Positions 22,570 through 35,200 of a stretch of DNA of 64,000 bases are shown piece after piece; within the stretch, counting starts at the first letter, position 1, and each line of letters begins with the position of its first letter. The notes under the pieces were generated by a model, which made no database searches, was not told where the DNA came from, and saw only the letters and a program-made list of their open reading frames with translations. This DNA comes from an uncultured Nitrososphaerota archaeon (GTDB lineage Archaea > Thermoproteota > Nitrososphaeria > Nitrososphaerales > Nitrosopumilaceae): NCBI GenBank assembly GCA_963701075.1, contig OY969559.1:736001-800000 (forward strand). The letters are read 5' to 3'. The position numbers and the translations under genes were made by a program.

Positions 22570-23149
22570 AAGAGTAATAATTGTCGGAATTCCCGGGGTT
22601 GGAAAGACTACCATCGTTTCCAAGGTTGTTGATATCTTAAAAGAGAAAAAGATCAGTGTTAGTGTCTTTATATTTGGCACTGTGATGTTTGACGAAGCAA
22701 AAAAGACCAAAGGAATTCAAAGCAGAGATGATCTTCGTAAACTTTCGGTACGAGAACAAAAAGATCTTCAATCTATGGCTGCAAAAAAAATAGCTTCGAT
22801 AACAGACGAGGCTGTAATTGTAGATACCCATGCATTTATCTCAACAAAAGAGGGGTTCTATCCAGGCTTACCTCACAATGTTTTAGAAATTCTGATGCCT
22901 GATAGCTTTATCATGATTACTGCCAGACCCGAGGAGATCTACAATAGGCGAATGAAAGATAACACGAGAAACCGTGATATTGTATCAATTGATGCAATAA
23001 AGAAAGAACTTGATGTTACAAGTGCGATGCTTTCGACTTGCTCTATACTATGTGGCTCGCCAATAAAGATGGTTCTCAACACTGAAGGCAAGATTGACGA
23101 GGCCGCAAAAGGGATCGTAAGTGCAATGGGATTTAACAATGGAACATAG
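22547..23149 (+). CDS. adkA: Adenylate kinase (archaeal type); start approximate
   Basis: GIPGVGKTT, VDTH, PGLP; follows secY. Confidence 0.93.
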   Translation: MRCLVESKRVIIVGIPGVGKTTIVSKVVDILKEKKISVSVFIFGTVMFDEAKKTKGIQSRDDLRKLSVREQKDLQSMAAKKIASITDEAVIVDTHAFISTKEGFYPGLPHNVLEILMPDSFIMITARPEEIYNRRMKDNTRNRDIVSIDAIKKELDVTSAMLSTCSILCGSPIKMVLNTEGKIDEAAKGIVSAMGFNNGT

Positions 23150-23756
23150 CATAATCTTTGATTTCTTAAATGTGGTGTCATTGCAGATTCCAAGTCTTTC
23201 GCGAGGGCCCATGGGAAGCATCAATCCGATAGTAAAGGGAATGATTCCATCTGTTATCGGCATTATGCTAATTGCGATTGGACTCAATCTTTTCAATGCA
23301 ATGATAAAACGTAAGATGGTAGATCAAAATAAGATGAAGAAATTGCTCAAAGACACTAGAACTTGGCAAAAAGAACGTATTGCCGCCTTTAAATCAAAAG
23401 ACCAAGAAAAGATAGATGAATTAAACAAGAAATCTGCTTACATGAACAAGATGAATATGGAATTAATGCAATTGAACATGAGGCCAATGATGATTACCTT
23501 CTTGCCTCTTATTCTGGTATTTTATTTTGTATTACCTCCACTTTTTTCGTATACAGTTGCGGTATCACCAATATCGCTAAATTTCATTCCTGGTAATTTT
23601 TTCCAACTTACATGCACAGCAGAGAAGGTTGCATCTACACCTAGTATATGTAAACACGTAAACGATCTATATTTCTGGGCATGGTACTTCTTGTCATCTG
23701 CTTCCTTTAGCGGCATAATCATGCGACTTACCAAGACTACCATGGACACAAGTTGA
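23139..23756 (+). CDS. EMC3/TMCO1 (DUF106, Oxa1 superfamily) membrane protein
   Basis: TM - coiled coil - RPMMITFLP TM - WYFLSS TM; conserved location after adkA. Confidence 0.87.
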   Translation: MEHSIIFDFLNVVSLQIPSLSRGPMGSINPIVKGMIPSVIGIMLIAIGLNLFNAMIKRKMVDQNKMKKLLKDTRTWQKERIAAFKSKDQEKIDELNKKSAYMNKMNMELMQLNMRPMMITFLPLILVFYFVLPPLFSYTVAVSPISLNFIPGNFFQLTCTAEKVASTPSICKHVNDLYFWAWYFLSSASFSGIIMRLTKTTMDTS

Positions 23757-23757
23757 A

Positions 23758-24342
23758 TTGCTTAGATCAGTAATAATATCAGGTTCTCCAGCCATTGGAA
23801 AGACTACAATAGCAAAGGGTCTTGCAAAGGAATTTGACCTGAAATACATTAGTGGAGGCGACGTACTCAAAGAGATGGCAAAAGAAGAAGGATTTCAGAC
23901 TGAAAAGGATGATTTCTGGGATACTGAAGCAGGGATGAAATTTTTGAACATGAGAAAAGGTAACTCAGAATTTGACAAAATAGTTGATGAGAAACTGAAG
24001 AAAATGTTTCTAACAGAGGACGTAGTCATAACTAGCTATACTCTTCCTTGGCTGGTTAAGGCTGGGATTAAAATCTGGCTTGACGGTTCACAAGAAATTA
24101 GTGCAAAAAGGATGACAACAAGAGATCATATATCATACGAACATGCACTTGGAATTGTGAAAAAAAGATATGAAGAAAATAAAATGATATACAAGAAACT
24201 ATATGACTTTAATTTTGGAGATGATCTATCTGTGTTTGACGAAATAATAAATACAGACGGTCTGGGTCCAGTCCAAGTGCTTGAACTTGCAAAGAAGGCA
24301 GTGAAAAATCATTATGACACTCAAACAAATAGAAAATCTTAG
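23758..24342 (+). CDS. cmk: Cytidylate kinase
   Basis: SGSPAIGKTT, ISGGD, operon position. Confidence 0.88.
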   Translation: MLRSVIISGSPAIGKTTIAKGLAKEFDLKYISGGDVLKEMAKEEGFQTEKDDFWDTEAGMKFLNMRKGNSEFDKIVDEKLKKMFLTEDVVITSYTLPWLVKAGIKIWLDGSQEISAKRMTTRDHISYEHALGIVKKRYEENKMIYKKLYDFNFGDDLSVFDEIINTDGLGPVQVLELAKKAVKNHYDTQTNRKS

Positions 24343-25313
24343 AGTCATAGATCAGGACATAACAAATGACTCGTATGGTACTTACTATGATAAAAGATCG
24401 ATAGAACAACTTCTCAATTACGGTTTCATATTGCTGGATAAACCAAATGGTCCCACAAGCCATGAGACTGTTTCATGGGTAAAGAAAATATTGAATGTGC
24501 CAAAGGCTGGGCATAGCGGCACTTTGGATCCACAAGTATCAGGACTTTTGCCAATTGGTTTTGGTGAAGCGACCAAAGCACTGATAGTTCTTTTGCTTGG
24601 ACCTAAGGAATATCATGCTTTAGGTAGACTTCACTCGCTGCCTTCTAAAGAAAAATTGAATCAAGTGCTGAAATTATTAACAGGAAAGATTTACCAAAAA
24701 CCTCCACAACGATCAGCAGTATCAAGGCAAACTAGAATAAGAAATGTATATGAAATCGAAGTTGTAGAAGAAAAGGAACGGCTCTTACTTTTGCGTATAT
24801 TATGCGAAGCAGGAACATACATCCGAAAAATTTTCTATGATATGGGAGAAATTCTGGGACCTGGAGCTGACAATGATAGAGCTAAGGAGAACGCGGGTGG
24901 GACAATTTAATGAAGACTCAAACCTTGTGAAAATGCATGACCTTGTAGATGCATATGCATTATGGAAAGAAAAGAATGACGAATCAAAGATAAGAAGAAT
25001 ACTCATGCCAATTGAATATTGTCTAAGTGAGATAAAATCAGTGGTAATAAGAGACTCTGCAGTAGACGCGTTGTGTCACGGTGCTCAATTAGCAATACCT
25101 GGAATCCTTGAAATCTCAAATGGACTCAAAAAAGGAGACTTGGTTGGTGTCTATACACAAAAAGGCGAGATTGTGGCTCTTGCCGAGGCCATAATGCCGG
25201 AAGACGAAATAGTTGAAAATACCAAAGGGTTTGCATTTCAGATAAAAAGAATCATCATGGCTCCTAACACTTATCCCAAAAGCTGGCGCTCAAGGGCAGT
25301 AGTTAACAATTAA
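24314..25313 (+). CDS. cbf5: RNA-guided pseudouridine synthase Cbf5, apparent frameshift near 24869
   Basis: LDKPNGPTSH, GHSGTLDP, CEAGTYIR, ELRRTRVG, C-terminal PUA domain. Confidence 0.94.
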
Positions 25314-25340
25314 AAAGGAATCAAAATCACCTTTTGAAAG

Positions 25341-25790
25341 TTGATCCCAAAAGGAGCTACGATTTGTTTTGTTGTAGGGGCCATAGGAGCGGGAGTAATT
25401 GGTGCCTACTTGTTTCAAATCTCCAACCAGACTCCTTCTCTAGTTTATCAAAATGGACCATCACTTTCCATAATCCCAGAAAAAATAAACTATCATCTAG
25501 ATGAGCCAGTTCACATAAGGATAATTAATTCAGGCACAGTGCCTTTGACGTTTTCTGATTCTTCGTTTGGATTGAAGATTAGGGGCTTGGATGGTACTAT
25601 CATATACTCACCGGTATCCGCACAAATGACTTCTACATTGAACCCTCGTGAAGAGAAAATGTTTGTCTGGAATCAAACAAAAACCGATGGAAGTAAAGTT
25701 ATTGAAGGTAGGTATGAAATCGAGTCCAACACATCGCCAGACGCAGACAATGCATTGAAAAAATCAGTTACAATAAACATCTTTCAGTGA
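25341..25790 (+). CDS. Hypothetical membrane-anchored beta-sandwich protein
   Basis: N-terminal hydrophobic helix, beta-rich remainder (WNQT..G...GRY). Confidence 0.7.
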   Translation: MIPKGATICFVVGAIGAGVIGAYLFQISNQTPSLVYQNGPSLSIIPEKINYHLDEPVHIRIINSGTVPLTFSDSSFGLKIRGLDGTIIYSPVSAQMTSTLNPREEKMFVWNQTKTDGSKVIEGRYEIESNTSPDADNALKKSVTINIFQ

Positions 25791-25869
25791 TACTGTTGAA
25801 CTTGTATTATGTATCAATTAACGTAATATATGGTCGATTTTTACAACGAAGTTGACTTGGCGAATTAAT

Positions 25870-25966
25870 GCCGGGGTCGCCTAGCCTGGTAGGGCGCGCG
25901 CCTGGAAATGAAAACCATAAAGCGCGTACTCGCAAGGGTCCGAGAGTTCAAATCTCTCTCCCGGCG
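25870..25966 (+). tRNA. tRNA-Ser(GGA) with 13-nt intron (25908-25920)
   Basis: GCCGGGG acceptor stem, CGCGC/GCGCG anticodon stem, anticodon GGA 25904-25906, long variable arm, GTTCAAATC T-loop. Confidence 0.92.
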
Positions 25967-26053
25967 CCTTAATTTTTCTATTTAGCTTCTGAATCTGATT
26001 TTAGAATTTAAAAAAATTCAAACTGACAACAAAAAATCCTTGATTTTGCTAAA

Positions 26054-28255
<2,202 letters not shown>

Positions 28256-28366
28256 TTAGATTAGTTGCCTGCGGCATTATACCTTTGTTATTTGCTTTAT
28301 TGACAAGATTTTCCATAAATCTGGTGCTCAAAATGATGACATTCAAGTGCTTAACCTGAAAAAAAT

Positions 28367-28501
28367 CTAAACTATAGTGTTAAACTCTTTGCAATCGCAT
28401 TTTTTTCCATCAGAATTTACATGGATGCAATACCCATGAGGAAAATGATCATGTCTAGGATGACTACAGTCTACCCTGTTACATACTTCGTAAAGACTCA
28501 T
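28367..28501 (-). CDS. 44-aa Cys/His-rich microprotein
   Basis: Hand translation MSLYEVCNRVDCSHPRHDHFPHGYCIHVNSDGKKCDCKEFNTIV; fills an intergenic gap. Confidence 0.65.
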   Translation of the reverse strand: MSLYEVCNRVDCSHPRHDHFPHGYCIHVNSDGKKCDCKEFNTIV

Positions 28502-28586
28502 ACTTGGTGTAGTTTTGGTAGGATAAAGAGAATGCGGTTACACATATTCAACCAAACTTAATATTATTAAATAATACAACAAAATT

Positions 28587-28847
28587 GTGTTTCCAGAACA
28601 TTGCTCTATTAGGGAAAATGGACAAGATTGTCCAATGCCACCAGAGTTTGTTATCTCAGTAAAATCTAAAGATGGCGAATACATGGTTGGAGTCACATGT
28701 GACAACCACAAGAAGATGTTTGTTGATAAACTGGGTTCTTTACAGAAAGAAGGTAAAATTCCACAAGGATCGATTCACTTTGCAGATCTAAAGCCCGTGG
28801 GAACCAGTTGTATTAAAATCGACCCAAATGACCTGATTCAACTTTAA
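28587..28847 (+). CDS. Hypothetical small protein with possible metal site (C..C..CxxH)
   Basis: 86 aa ORF with AT-rich TATA-like element upstream. Confidence 0.72.
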   Translation: MFPEHCSIRENGQDCPMPPEFVISVKSKDGEYMVGVTCDNHKKMFVDKLGSLQKEGKIPQGSIHFADLKPVGTSCIKIDPNDLIQL

Positions 28848-29799
28848 CTTGGTAGATTGGTTTTTTCCTAGCAAGTGAGAGAACCAAGTTTTTCACTGTT
28901 ATTTCTGCCATCTCTCTTCTAGTTTTTATGGTAGCACTTCCAATATGTGGGGTCATCAACACATTCTTTAATCCTGTTAAAGGATTTGAAGCGCCTATGG
29001 GTTCATTTTGAAATACATCCAAGGCAGCACCTGCGATAATCTTTTTCTTTAGTGCAACAACAAGATCCTTCTCATTTATTATCTTGCCTCGTGCTGTGTT
29101 TACTAGAAAAGAGGTTTTCTTCATACTTTTGAGTAATTTTAGATTCACTATCTCATGCGTCTCTGGTGTATATGGAGCATGGATGCTTATCACATCGCTT
29201 CTTCTGAACAATTCATCAAGTGAAACATATCTTGCATTCAATCTTTTTTCTTCTTGAGAAGAAAGTCGTTTTCTGTTGTGGTATAACAATTTCATCTCAA
29301 AACCAATTGCTCTTTTCGCAACTGCTTTGCCTATTCTTCCCATTCCAAATATCCCTAAGGTTTTTCCGTACAGATCTGTACCGAGGAATTCATATGGTCC
29401 AAATATGGTTCTCCATTCATTTTTACGAATCAGCGTGTCTCCCTCACTGACTCTCCGAAATAGAGATAGCATGAGTGTCACGGCAAGATCTGCTGTAGCC
29501 CTTGTAAGTACCTCGGGGGTATAACTTACAATAATTCCTCTTTCTAACGCAGTATTGACATCAATGTGATTGTAACCTACACTAAAAGTAGATATTGCCT
29601 TGAGTTTGGTTCCTGCATTTATTACGTCTGAGTCAATTTTGTCATATGGATAGCAAATTAAACCGTCCTTGTCCTTTATTTTAGAGATGAGTAGATCCTT
29701 CGATATTGGAATCTTACCCGTATAGATCTCAACTTGGTATCTCTTCTTTAGCTCTTTTACTGCAAAATCATGCAGACGTCGAGTAAGCAAAATTTTCAT
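28813..29799 (-). CDS. D-2-hydroxyacid dehydrogenase (glyoxylate/hydroxypyruvate reductase-like)
   Basis: GMGRIG, VNTARG, LDVFQNEP, TPHIGSAT. Confidence 0.92.
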   Translation of the reverse strand: MKILLTRRLHDFAVKELKKRYQVEIYTGKIPISKDLLISKIKDKDGLICYPYDKIDSDVINAGTKLKAISTFSVGYNHIDVNTALERGIIVSYTPEVLTRATADLAVTLMLSLFRRVSEGDTLIRKNEWRTIFGPYEFLGTDLYGKTLGIFGMGRIGKAVAKRAIGFEMKLLYHNRKRLSSQEEKRLNARYVSLDELFRRSDVISIHAPYTPETHEIVNLKLLKSMKKTSFLVNTARGKIINEKDLVVALKKKIIAGAALDVFQNEPIGASNPLTGLKNVLMTPHIGSATIKTRREMAEITVKNLVLSLARKKPIYQVKVESGHLGRF

Positions 29800-29865
29800 T
29801 GAAAAAAGCACTCAAAAGGTCATTATAAAAACTCATTTATAACAAGTCTGTATAATAATATTGAA

Positions 29866-30000
29866 TTGAAACACAAAGAAGAGTTTGCAGTTTGTGTTCA
29901 ATGTAGTAACCCGATTGAAAAATGTGTTTGTGTTTGTCCATTTTGCGGCGAACGTGATAAATGCGAATGTGCCTTGTTTGATGCTGCTACTGGCGGTTAG
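29866..30000 (+). CDS. 44-aa microprotein with 8 Cys and C-terminal GG
   Basis: Hand translation (TTG start) MKHKEEFAVCVQCSNPIEKCVCVCPFCGERDKCECALFDAATGG; TTTATAA about 25-30 nt upstream. Confidence 0.75.
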   Translation: MKHKEEFAVCVQCSNPIEKCVCVCPFCGERDKCECALFDAATGG

Positions 30001-30053
30001 CTCAAAAAATAGAACATAGCATTATTAATATTTGATGACCGTTTAGATCCGAC

Positions 30054-31965
30054 ATGACTTTAGATTTAACATGGGTTATAGGCGGCCCACAAGGAGGCGG
30101 TGTTGAATCTGCAGCTGAATATCTTTGCCGGGGCTTGTGCAGGGTGTGGTCTGAAAATTTTTGGAAAAAGAGAATATTATTCTAATATCAAAGGAGAACA
30201 CAGCTATTTTGGGGTTAGAGTCTCTGACAAAGAGGTCCGTTCTAATATCACTGGAATTACAATGCTTGCTGCATTTGACGCGGAAACTCTGTTTAGACAT
30301 GCAGATGATGTACATGACGACGGTGCAATTGTATACGAGTCTGATCTTGAGCAGGTTAAGATCGATGAAGTACCAACCCTTGACAAACCATTCAAAGAAA
30401 GATTAGAGAAATACCTTTCATCAAAGAATAAGCCGCTTACTGTACAGGGAGTGCTAGAAGCAGCAAAAGAAAGGGGGGTAACTCTGTATCCTGTATCCTT
30501 TAAGACAATACTTTCTACTCTGGCAGAAGAGATGAATAATCCTACTATTCGAGGAATGTTTCGAATGCTAAATGTTCTATCCGTATCTGTATCCATTGGC
30601 TTGTTGGGTTTGCCGCCTGACACTCTGTTACGATCTGTGGAAAAGATCTTTTCAAGCAAGCCAAAGATTGCGGAGATGAATAAACATGCCGCAAACTATG
30701 CATATAATTATGCAACCGCCAAATATCAGAAATTCAAATATCAGCTATCTCCAGTTCAAAGCAATTCAGATGTTCTTCTAGTACAAGGTTTCCAATCCAC
30801 AGGTCTTGGAAAGCTAGCAGCAGGATGCAGGTTTCAATCATACTATCCAATTACACCGGCATCCGATGAGAGCGTATTTTTGGAGTCAAATGAAACATTT
30901 GATGTTGAAAATAATAGGCCTGGTTCTACCATAATAGTACAGACAGAAGATGAGATTTCAGCAATAGGTATGCTAATTGGAGCTGCGCTGACAGGCGCAA
31001 GGGCTGCAACTAGTACATCGGGTCCTGGATTTTCTCTCATGGCAGAAGCACTTGGTTGGGCTGGAATAAACGAAGTACCAATTGTAGTTACACTATACCA
31101 AAGAAGTGGCCCCTCTACAGGGCTTCCTACAAGACATGGACAAGACGATCTACTCTTTGCAATATATGCCGGTCATGGTGATTTTCCTAGGATTGTTTAT
31201 GCATCAGGTGATATTGAAGAGGGATTTTATGATGCCGCAGAATGTTTCAATTTTGCAGAAACATTTCAAATGCCTGTAATTCACATGATGGATAAATTCA
31301 TTGCAAGTACTGTAGCAACTGTAAAAAGATTTGATCCGACCAAGATCACTATTAAACGAGGCAAGCTCTTGGAAAAAATTAACGATGATAATTACAGGCG
31401 TTTTGCCCCATCTGAAGATGGAATATCACCACGATCTAAACTAGGACTTGAAAATGGTATATTTTGGAATACAGGAGACGAAAGTGATGAACAAGGCCAC
31501 ATCTCAGAAGATCCAGTGAATAGAATGTATAAGATGGACAAGAGAGCAAAGAAGATTGAGGTTGCTTTGGAAACAATTCCAAAGGAAGTTCAAGTGGTAA
31601 ATCATGGAATCTCTGACTTTTGTCTTGTAAGCTGGGGATCTACCAAAGGGCCAATCCTTGATGCAATTGAAATGCTGAAAAAAGACAACTATAACGTTGG
31701 GTTTGTGCAAGTAAAGCTACTACATCCGTTCCCACAAGATTATGTCAAATCGTTGCTAAAAGATGTCAAAACCATAATAGATGTAGAAGCAAATTATTCT
31801 GCTCAACTAGGAACACTACTAAATGAAAACTTGGACCGTAAAGTTGATTATTATATCCTCAAGTATACTGGAAGAGCAATGACATGTACAGAGTTGTATG
31901 AGTCAATTAAAAAAATAATAGACGGAAAGGCTGAGAAAAGACAGGTGTTATCATATGGCGTCTAA
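30054..31965 (+). CDS. 2-oxoacid:ferredoxin oxidoreductase alpha subunit, apparent frameshift near 30117
   Basis: Start [21 protein letters not shown] at 30054; [27 protein letters not shown]. Confidence 0.94.
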
Positions 31966-32920
31966 TTTATCAGATTACAAAACAGAGGTGCACAATGACT
32001 GGTGTCCCGGCTGTGGTGATTTTGGAATTGTAAGCGCTATTCAGATGGCGCTTGCAGAAATGGCAATACCACGTCACAAGGCTGCGATCTTTTCGGGAGT
32101 AGGATGTTCTGGCAAGACATCACATTACGTGAATACATATGGCGTGCATACATTGCACGGAAGAGTAATGACTTTTGCACAGGGTGCCAAGCTTGCAAAT
32201 CCAGAAATGACAATAGTTGCAGCAGGTGGTGATGGCGATGGACTAGGTATTGGTGCTGGGCATTTTGTGGCAGCAGGAAGAAGAAATGTGGACATGACAT
32301 ATATCATATTCAATAACGGGGTCTACGGCTTGACAAAAGGGCAAGCTTCTCCAACTCTTAAGCTTGGCTTGAAAACAAAATCACTTCCAGAACCCAATGT
32401 GAACCAATCTGTGAATCCAATTGCATTGGCAATAGCAAGCGGTTTTACATTTGTTGCACGAGGATATGCGTACGATGTCAGGCAACTAAAAGATCTAATT
32501 GTTGCAGCAATAAAGCACAGGGGGCTTTCTTTCCTTGATGTCTTACAACCATGTCCTACGTATAATGACATTAACACAAGAGATTGGTTTGCAGGAATGG
32601 ATAATCTTGACGAGATAACAAAGAAACCACGCCCACGAATTTACAAATTGGAGGATACTGGGTATGATCCAGTCGTGCACATAGATTCACCAGACGAAGA
32701 AAATGAAAAGTTAACACAAGCTCTAGTAAAGTCAAATGAATGGGACTCAAAAATTCCAACTGGAATATTTTACAAAAATGAGATGATTGCCCCATATGAT
32801 GAAAGAATAGCGGATAGAATTCCAAACTATCTTGAAAACCCTCCTGCATATCAGGAAATTTCGTCAAATGGCAAATCCATAACAGATATTTCAAAAATTC
32901 TCGATTCACTTCAAATCTAA
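31955..32920 (+). CDS. 2-oxoacid:ferredoxin oxidoreductase beta subunit
   Basis: WCPGCGD, SGVGCS, GDGD TPP motif, YGLTKGQ.SPT. Confidence 0.95.
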   Translation: MASNLSDYKTEVHNDWCPGCGDFGIVSAIQMALAEMAIPRHKAAIFSGVGCSGKTSHYVNTYGVHTLHGRVMTFAQGAKLANPEMTIVAAGGDGDGLGIGAGHFVAAGRRNVDMTYIIFNNGVYGLTKGQASPTLKLGLKTKSLPEPNVNQSVNPIALAIASGFTFVARGYAYDVRQLKDLIVAAIKHRGLSFLDVLQPCPTYNDINTRDWFAGMDNLDEITKKPRPRIYKLEDTGYDPVVHIDSPDEENEKLTQALVKSNEWDSKIPTGIFYKNEMIAPYDERIADRIPNYLENPPAYQEISSNGKSITDISKILDSLQI

Positions 32921-33042
32921 GGCGAGTTTTTTCCTGTAAAGAATAATCTGTATATTCTTGATACTAGTGACCTAATTTGTTAAATCCCATTAACGACAAT
33001 GATATAAGTTATTAGCATGATGAACAGAAGAGTAGTTCTACA

Positions 33043-33477
33043 TTGAATTTAGAGGAAGTTAACAAGATATTCCGCAAATCAATTATCAAGGGATACTTCG
33101 AGCCTAGCCTTCTGAACCTGGATTTCAAAAAGTCGAGCATAAAACATCCAACCATGAGGGATGATGGTCTCATGCAAACAAATTTTCTTCATCTCTTCTT
33201 TGATATTGAAACAGGTTCTGATTACCCTGATGGTGATGAGTGGTTTATGGCAGAATTTCTCTTTCCTTACAATGTCAAACTTCCTGATAACCTGAAAAGT
33301 CCAGATTATTTTAGCACTATATCAGTTGGTGAAGGAAAGAATTTCTGGAGACACAGAGAACTTATCAGATACAAATATGGTAAATCAAAGAAGCTTGAAG
33401 AGTCTCTGGATTTTATAGAAAAAAAATATCGTGAATTGAATTCTTTACTAGAGCCTTTAGAAAAAGAAATCAAGTAA
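33043..33477 (+). CDS. Hypothetical protein
   Basis: 144 aa ORF, no recognised motif. Confidence 0.7.
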   Translation: MNLEEVNKIFRKSIIKGYFEPSLLNLDFKKSSIKHPTMRDDGLMQTNFLHLFFDIETGSDYPDGDEWFMAEFLFPYNVKLPDNLKSPDYFSTISVGEGKNFWRHRELIRYKYGKSKKLEESLDFIEKKYRELNSLLEPLEKEIK

Positions 33478-34006
33478 TCTTCCATTCGTTTTGTGAAAAC
33501 GTGTAAGTTTCATTTTCTGATATAGCTAAATCAATGTTCCATCTCCCTGTTCTATCATCAAAACGATACACAACTTCTGTGATATTAGCAGGTATCTTGT
33601 GTGGATCAAGATGATAAGGAAGAAGCTCTAAAACAAAATTTGTCTTCTCCATGGCAGAATCAAACAAATTTTTATCATCTAGATCTAGTATGAATTTTAT
33701 GCTTGGCTTGCCAACGAATTTCATGTAAACTCGCAGCGCTTTTCCTCCCCCGCGACGTCTTTTAAACTCCTTTAAAATTGCCTTGAACTTGTCCCATCTC
33801 GCATTTCCAAACCACTTGAAGAAGGCATCATTGAATGCAAGAGGAAAAATGACGTCGATCATTGTGGTAAAATCTTCATCTGGTTGTTCTTGTGAATCCT
33901 CCTCCACTTGAAATAAGCTATGAAGAAGACTGTACAGCACTTCCAATTCCCAGGGGGATACACCATAGAATTTTAGTGAAAGAGGAGGCTTGGATGTGCT
34001 CATCAC
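33470..34006 (-). CDS. Hypothetical protein
   Basis: 178 aa ORF, no recognised motif. Confidence 0.72.
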   Translation of the reverse strand: MMSTSKPPLSLKFYGVSPWELEVLYSLLHSLFQVEEDSQEQPDEDFTTMIDVIFPLAFNDAFFKWFGNARWDKFKAILKEFKRRRGGGKALRVYMKFVGKPSIKFILDLDDKNLFDSAMEKTNFVLELLPYHLDPHKIPANITEVVYRFDDRTGRWNIDLAISENETYTFSQNEWKIT

Positions 34007-34108
34007 ATGTAATTCTAAAAAATTCTAATTAAAGTTTCAATCTCATTTTAGGAATAGATCTTGATTTCTACTCATTTAGTCTAAATTTGCCCCTAAATTG
34101 GCAGATTT

Positions 34109-34537
34109 CTAGATGGGGAGTAAGTGATTGGTGATGTGGAATCTGACTAGTTCGTTTGCCCTTCCGTACTGATGTTCTCTATCTCCTATTTTTGCATAAT
34201 AGATATCGTTTAGAATCTTCTTTTCTTCTCTTGTTACGCTTCTGTCCAGTAGATTGTCGTAACTGGGGCCATCATAAAATATCATCTTGGTAAATTCTAG
34301 CACCTTACATACGAATGGATTGCTATGTGGAACCGTATTTCTCTTCTTTACTCCCATCGCTTCTCCAATAAAGCAATGTTTACTGTCTTCCTGTCTTAGT
34401 GTATTGCCGGTTACAGACGATGATATGGCAAGTCTTTGTGGCTGGGAAAGGTGATTCCATAGATACTCAACTTTTTTCAGGTATTCTAGCTCATGTGTAT
34501 TTAGTCGATGGCTGTTGTCATACCATGACATTGCCAT
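34109..34537 (-). CDS. Hypothetical protein
   Basis: 142 aa ORF, CTTAAAT TATA-like element about 25 nt upstream. Confidence 0.6.
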   Translation of the reverse strand: MAMSWYDNSHRLNTHELEYLKKVEYLWNHLSQPQRLAISSSVTGNTLRQEDSKHCFIGEAMGVKKRNTVPHSNPFVCKVLEFTKMIFYDGPSYDNLLDRSVTREEKKILNDIYYAKIGDREHQYGRANELVRFHITNHLLPI

Positions 34538-34607
34538 GTATTATCTAGGTAGAGGATTGATTTAAGATTTGAACCTATGAGATAATTATCCTATTTTGTA
34601 GGGGCCT

Positions 34608-35159
34608 CTAGATTGTCAAGAGGTATTTGAAGAGGTATAGGATGCCTGTTGCTCCTATGAAAAACACCATTGGCTTCCAAGCCAAAACTGGAAAGCTTGG
34701 GGTTTTAAGCTGAACCTTGTAATTGTCAACAATTGCCTTGACATACTTTCTTACTCTTTCATTCCATATCTTGTATTCAATTTGATGCTTTTTGAGAAGA
34801 GATTCGATTTCGTATAAGACCGGTGTTCGCTGGCAAAAGAGGTGCTGTAAATAGTCCCGCGAAACCTCGACTTCGGCCTGTATTGCTACCAAGCCTTTTT
34901 TCATTTCTAGCAGCCTGACATGCATCTCCCAGGGTTTTTTCAGCTTCAGTGAAAGACCATGACCTATTTGCAATGTCTGTTTGTGCTCAAACTTGACATG
35001 AGTGAAACCCTCGTGAGCGAAGATCTTTAACAATTCGTCAACGCTTTTCCTTACAACAATAGTGAGCTGCTCTACTCCGTTTTTATCCACTTTTACCATC
35101 TCGCTCATTCCATTTAGGAGCGATACTGTCTTTGGATATCGAGTGAAGAATTCCACCAT
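34608..35159 (-). CDS. Hypothetical protein with C-terminal TM helix
   Basis: 183 aa ORF, PWEMHVRL motif, hydrophobic C-terminus. Confidence 0.72.
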   Translation of the reverse strand: MVEFFTRYPKTVSLLNGMSEMVKVDKNGVEQLTIVVRKSVDELLKIFAHEGFTHVKFEHKQTLQIGHGLSLKLKKPWEMHVRLLEMKKGLVAIQAEVEVSRDYLQHLFCQRTPVLYEIESLLKKHQIEYKIWNERVRKYVKAIVDNYKVQLKTPSFPVLAWKPMVFFIGATGILYLFKYLLTI

Positions 35160-35200
35160 ATGCTGCGGTCAAATCTAGCTCTATTAAAACTATGGTTGCA

